This document shows positions 63,955-64,000 of a DNA stretch of 64,000 nucleotides, in pieces. Under the pieces are notes generated by a model. The model was given only the letters and a program-made list of their open reading frames with translations, ran no database searches and was not told the origin of the DNA. The translations under genes were made by a program, and so were the position numbers. How positions within the stretch are numbered: the stretch's first letter is position 1; each line of letters starts with the position of its first letter. Source of the DNA: Anolis carolinensis (taxonomy: Eukaryota); the NCBI RefSeq assembly GCF_035594765.1, contig NC_085845.1, forward strand, positions 173,492,897 to 173,556,896, written 5' to 3'.

Positions 63955-64000
63955 TGGTCAAGAGGTGTCTGGGTGGAATTGCCTTTTCTACATCAGGGAT

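Overview
Vertebrate genomic DNA from a squamate reptile. The repeat set (Sauria SINE, Anolis-type SINE2, CR1, L2, BovB/RTE, Penelope, many MITEs) points to an anole lizard such as Anolis carolinensis (inference). Four genes can be supported. (1) An intronless noggin-family gene on + (10949-11767), best read as noggin4. (2) The complete 9-exon GCAT gene on - (35399 to 21538; the exons splice to 418 aa). (3) The intronless linker histone H1.0 on - (50429 to 49851), with a recognisable promoter (TAAATA, H4 box, H1 box, upstream TG box). (4) The last coding exon of TRIOBP on - (63621 to 63460). This matches the vertebrate TRIOBP-H1-0-GCAT block, with noggin4 retained next to GCAT. The rest is dense, often nested transposon debris. 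The most notable non-obvious items are: minimal hammerhead-ribozyme motifs in Penelope terminal repeats (two with intact cores); several solo LTRs identified from their termini and target-site duplications (TSDs), one lying in sense 2 kb upstream of noggin4; a ~198-bp tandem array upstream of H1.0 in which AATAAA is kept in every unit; a 202-bp near-perfect palindrome; and a multi-level nested insertion stack inside a fossil LINE reverse transcriptase. I found no convincing wholly new system. Repeat family names come from recall, not a database search, and repeat boundaries are approximate unless TSDs or termini are quoted.
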